A model generated the notes under the pieces. It ran no database searches and was not told where the DNA came from. It saw only the letters and a program-made list of their open reading frames with translations. Below, piece by piece: positions 6,350 to 7,790 of a stretch of 7,790 bases of DNA (positions are counted from its first letter, which is position 1; each line of letters starts with the position of its first letter). The stretch spans positions 1 through 7,790 of the forward strand of contig CAYLXZ010000031.1 in the NCBI GenBank assembly GCA_964388265.1, given 5' to 3'. Origin of the DNA: Candidatus Micrarchaeota archaeon. GTDB taxonomy: Archaea > B1Sed10-29. Made by a program: the position numbers and the translations under genes.

Positions 6350-6439
6350 CTTAATCAATAATACTTAAAGTTATCAACCCATAAAAACAATGAACATCTT
6401 AATAGCAAATGTAATAGAATACTTAGAGGAATAGAGAAC
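6350..6439. promoter_or_regulatory. Divergent promoter region nop5 / glyS
   Basis: 90-bp AT-rich spacer; TTTTTAT on the minus strand (6387-6381) about 32 nt before the nop5 ATG, and CTTAATA near 6398-6404 ahead of glyS. Confidence 0.45.
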
Positions 6440-7790
6440 ATGGAACCAGACGACATCAAGAAAATAGCTCTCCGCAGAGCAATATACTACCCATCCAGCG
6501 AGATACATGAATCACTCGCAGGGTTCTACGACTACGGTACAACCGGAAAAAAGATAAAAAGAAACTTCGAAGACTACTGGAGATTCTTCTTCCTAAAGAA
6601 ACTCGACGAGAACTTCCACGAAATTGAAACAGCCAACATAATGCCCAAACCTGTATTTGAAGCTAGCGGACACCTAGAACAATTCGTAGACCCAGTAGTA
6701 GAATGCGAGAAATGTGGATTAACCGAAAGAGCAGACCAGATACTTGAACAAGAGCTAGACGAATCATTCGAAGGCCTAACACCAGAAGAACTAAAAGAAG
6801 TCATAGAAGAAAACCAGATAAAATGCCCAAGATGTGAAGGAAACTTCCAAGATGTTGGAGAGATAAACCTAATGTTCGAAATAGAAGTAGGACCATACAC
6901 AGAAGAAACCTGTTACCTAAGACCCGAAACAGCACAAGGTATGTTCACAGCATTCAACCGAGAATACCACGCGAACAGAGAAAAACTACCACTAGGACTA
7001 GCGCAGATAGGAAGAGCCTACAGAAACGAGATATCACCAAGACAAGACCTATTCAGATTACGTGAATTCAACCAAGCCGAGATAGAGATATTCTTCAACC
7101 CAGACAACCTCGATGAACACCCAAAATTCAACGAAGTAAAAGACATGGAACTCGAAGTCGTTCCAGCAGGAGAAGACCACGAACTACAAGAAAAAACAAT
7201 ACAAGAAATGAAGGAAGAAGGAAAACCAGAGATGTACCTCTACTACCTAGCCAGAATGAAGGAGTTCTTCAACTCACTCAACATCACGGACCTCAGACTA
7301 TACGAAAAAAGCAAGGAAGAAAAATCATTCTACAACAAGATACACTTCGACTTCGAAGCGTACTTCGAATCCTACGACGAATACAAAGAGATCGCTGGAA
7401 TGCACTACAGAACAGACTACGACTTAAAAGGACATATGGAGGAATCAGGGCAGAACCTAAAAGTCACGAAGGACGATGAAACATTCACTCCTCATGTGAT
7501 GGAGATGAGTTTCGGCGTGGATAGGGATATATTCGCTTTACTCGACTCCACGTACACTCACGACGAAGAAGGTAACAGAAACTACTTCGCGCTACCTAAA
7601 AAGGTTTCACCGCACCTAGCCGCGGTTTTCCCCTTAGTAACAAAAGACGGTTTACCTGAGAAAGCCAGAGAAGCCTACGAATCAATCTATAAGGACTTCG
7701 ATGTGTACTACGATGACTCAGGCTCAATAGGTAAGAGATACAGACGAGCCGACGAAGTAGGAGTCAAGTACTGCATCACCATAGACTACG
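6440..7790 (+). CDS. glyS: Glycine--tRNA ligase, alpha2 (archaeal/eukaryotic) type, 3' partial
   Basis: Not in the ORF track because no stop falls in the window. Manual translation from ATG 6440: MEPDDIKKIALRRAIYYPSSEI...GFYDYG...ASGH...CEKC...CPRC...YLRPETAQG...YRNEISPRQDLFRLREFNQAEIE...RTDYDL...PHVMEMSFGVDR...GSIGKRYRRADEVGVKYCITIDY. Confidence 0.97.
   Translation, partial: MEPDDIKKIALRRAIYYPSSEIHESLAGFYDYGTTGKKIKRNFEDYWRFFFLKKLDENFHEIETANIMPKPVFEASGHLEQFVDPVVECEKCGLTERADQILEQELDESFEGLTPEELKEVIEENQIKCPRCEGNFQDVGEINLMFEIEVGPYTEETCYLRPETAQGMFTAFNREYHANREKLPLGLAQIGRAYRNEISPRQDLFRLREFNQAEIEIFFNPDNLDEHPKFNEVKDMELEVVPAGEDHELQEKTIQEMKEEGKPEMYLYYLARMKEFFNSLNITDLRLYEKSKEEKSFYNKIHFDFEAYFESYDEYKEIAGMHYRTDYDLKGHMEESGQNLKVTKDDETFTPHVMEMSFGVDRDIFALLDSTYTHDEEGNRNYFALPKKVSPHLAAVFPLVTKDGLPEKAREAYESIYKDFDVYYDDSGSIGKRYRRADEVGVKYCITIDY

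Noticed and set aside
5226..6439. Box C/D sRNA near nop5/fibrillarin
   Set aside because: No convincing RUGAUGA...CUGA pair seen by eye in the intergenic stretches; one could lie in the gap.
5536..6900. ORFs 5536-5736, 5877-6137, 5893-6096 and 6574-6900
   Set aside because: Antisense shadows of nop5 or glyS.

Overview
AT-rich archaeal genomic window; the acidic proteins, archaeal fibrillarin/Nop5, alpha2-type GlyRS, TATA-like boxes and GGTGA/GGAGG Shine-Dalgarno sites point to an archaeon, and a DPANN-like or halotolerant lineage is only my inference. Left, accessory part: a minus-strand toxin-antitoxin-like pair in which a DUF4258/RelE-like toxin frame missed by the ORF track is broken by one in-frame TAA and precedes an intact YgiT-type zinc-finger gene; a DUF59/SufT Fe-S assembly factor; a helically phased array of GATGTAG-N3-CTACATC palindromes in 31-bp tandem repeats, directly upstream of a translationally coupled two-gene operon (unknown protein + AbiEii/DUF2204-like nucleotidyltransferase), which looks like an uncharacterised type IV TA/Abi-like module; then a lipoprotein, a small basic protein and a C2H2-TM-thioredoxin-like protein lacking CxxC. 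Right, core part: fibrillarin (5' end lost in a 100-N gap), a small Lys/Glu-rich gene on the opposite strand, a Nop5 lacking its N-terminal domain, and a divergent glycyl-tRNA synthetase running off the window end.
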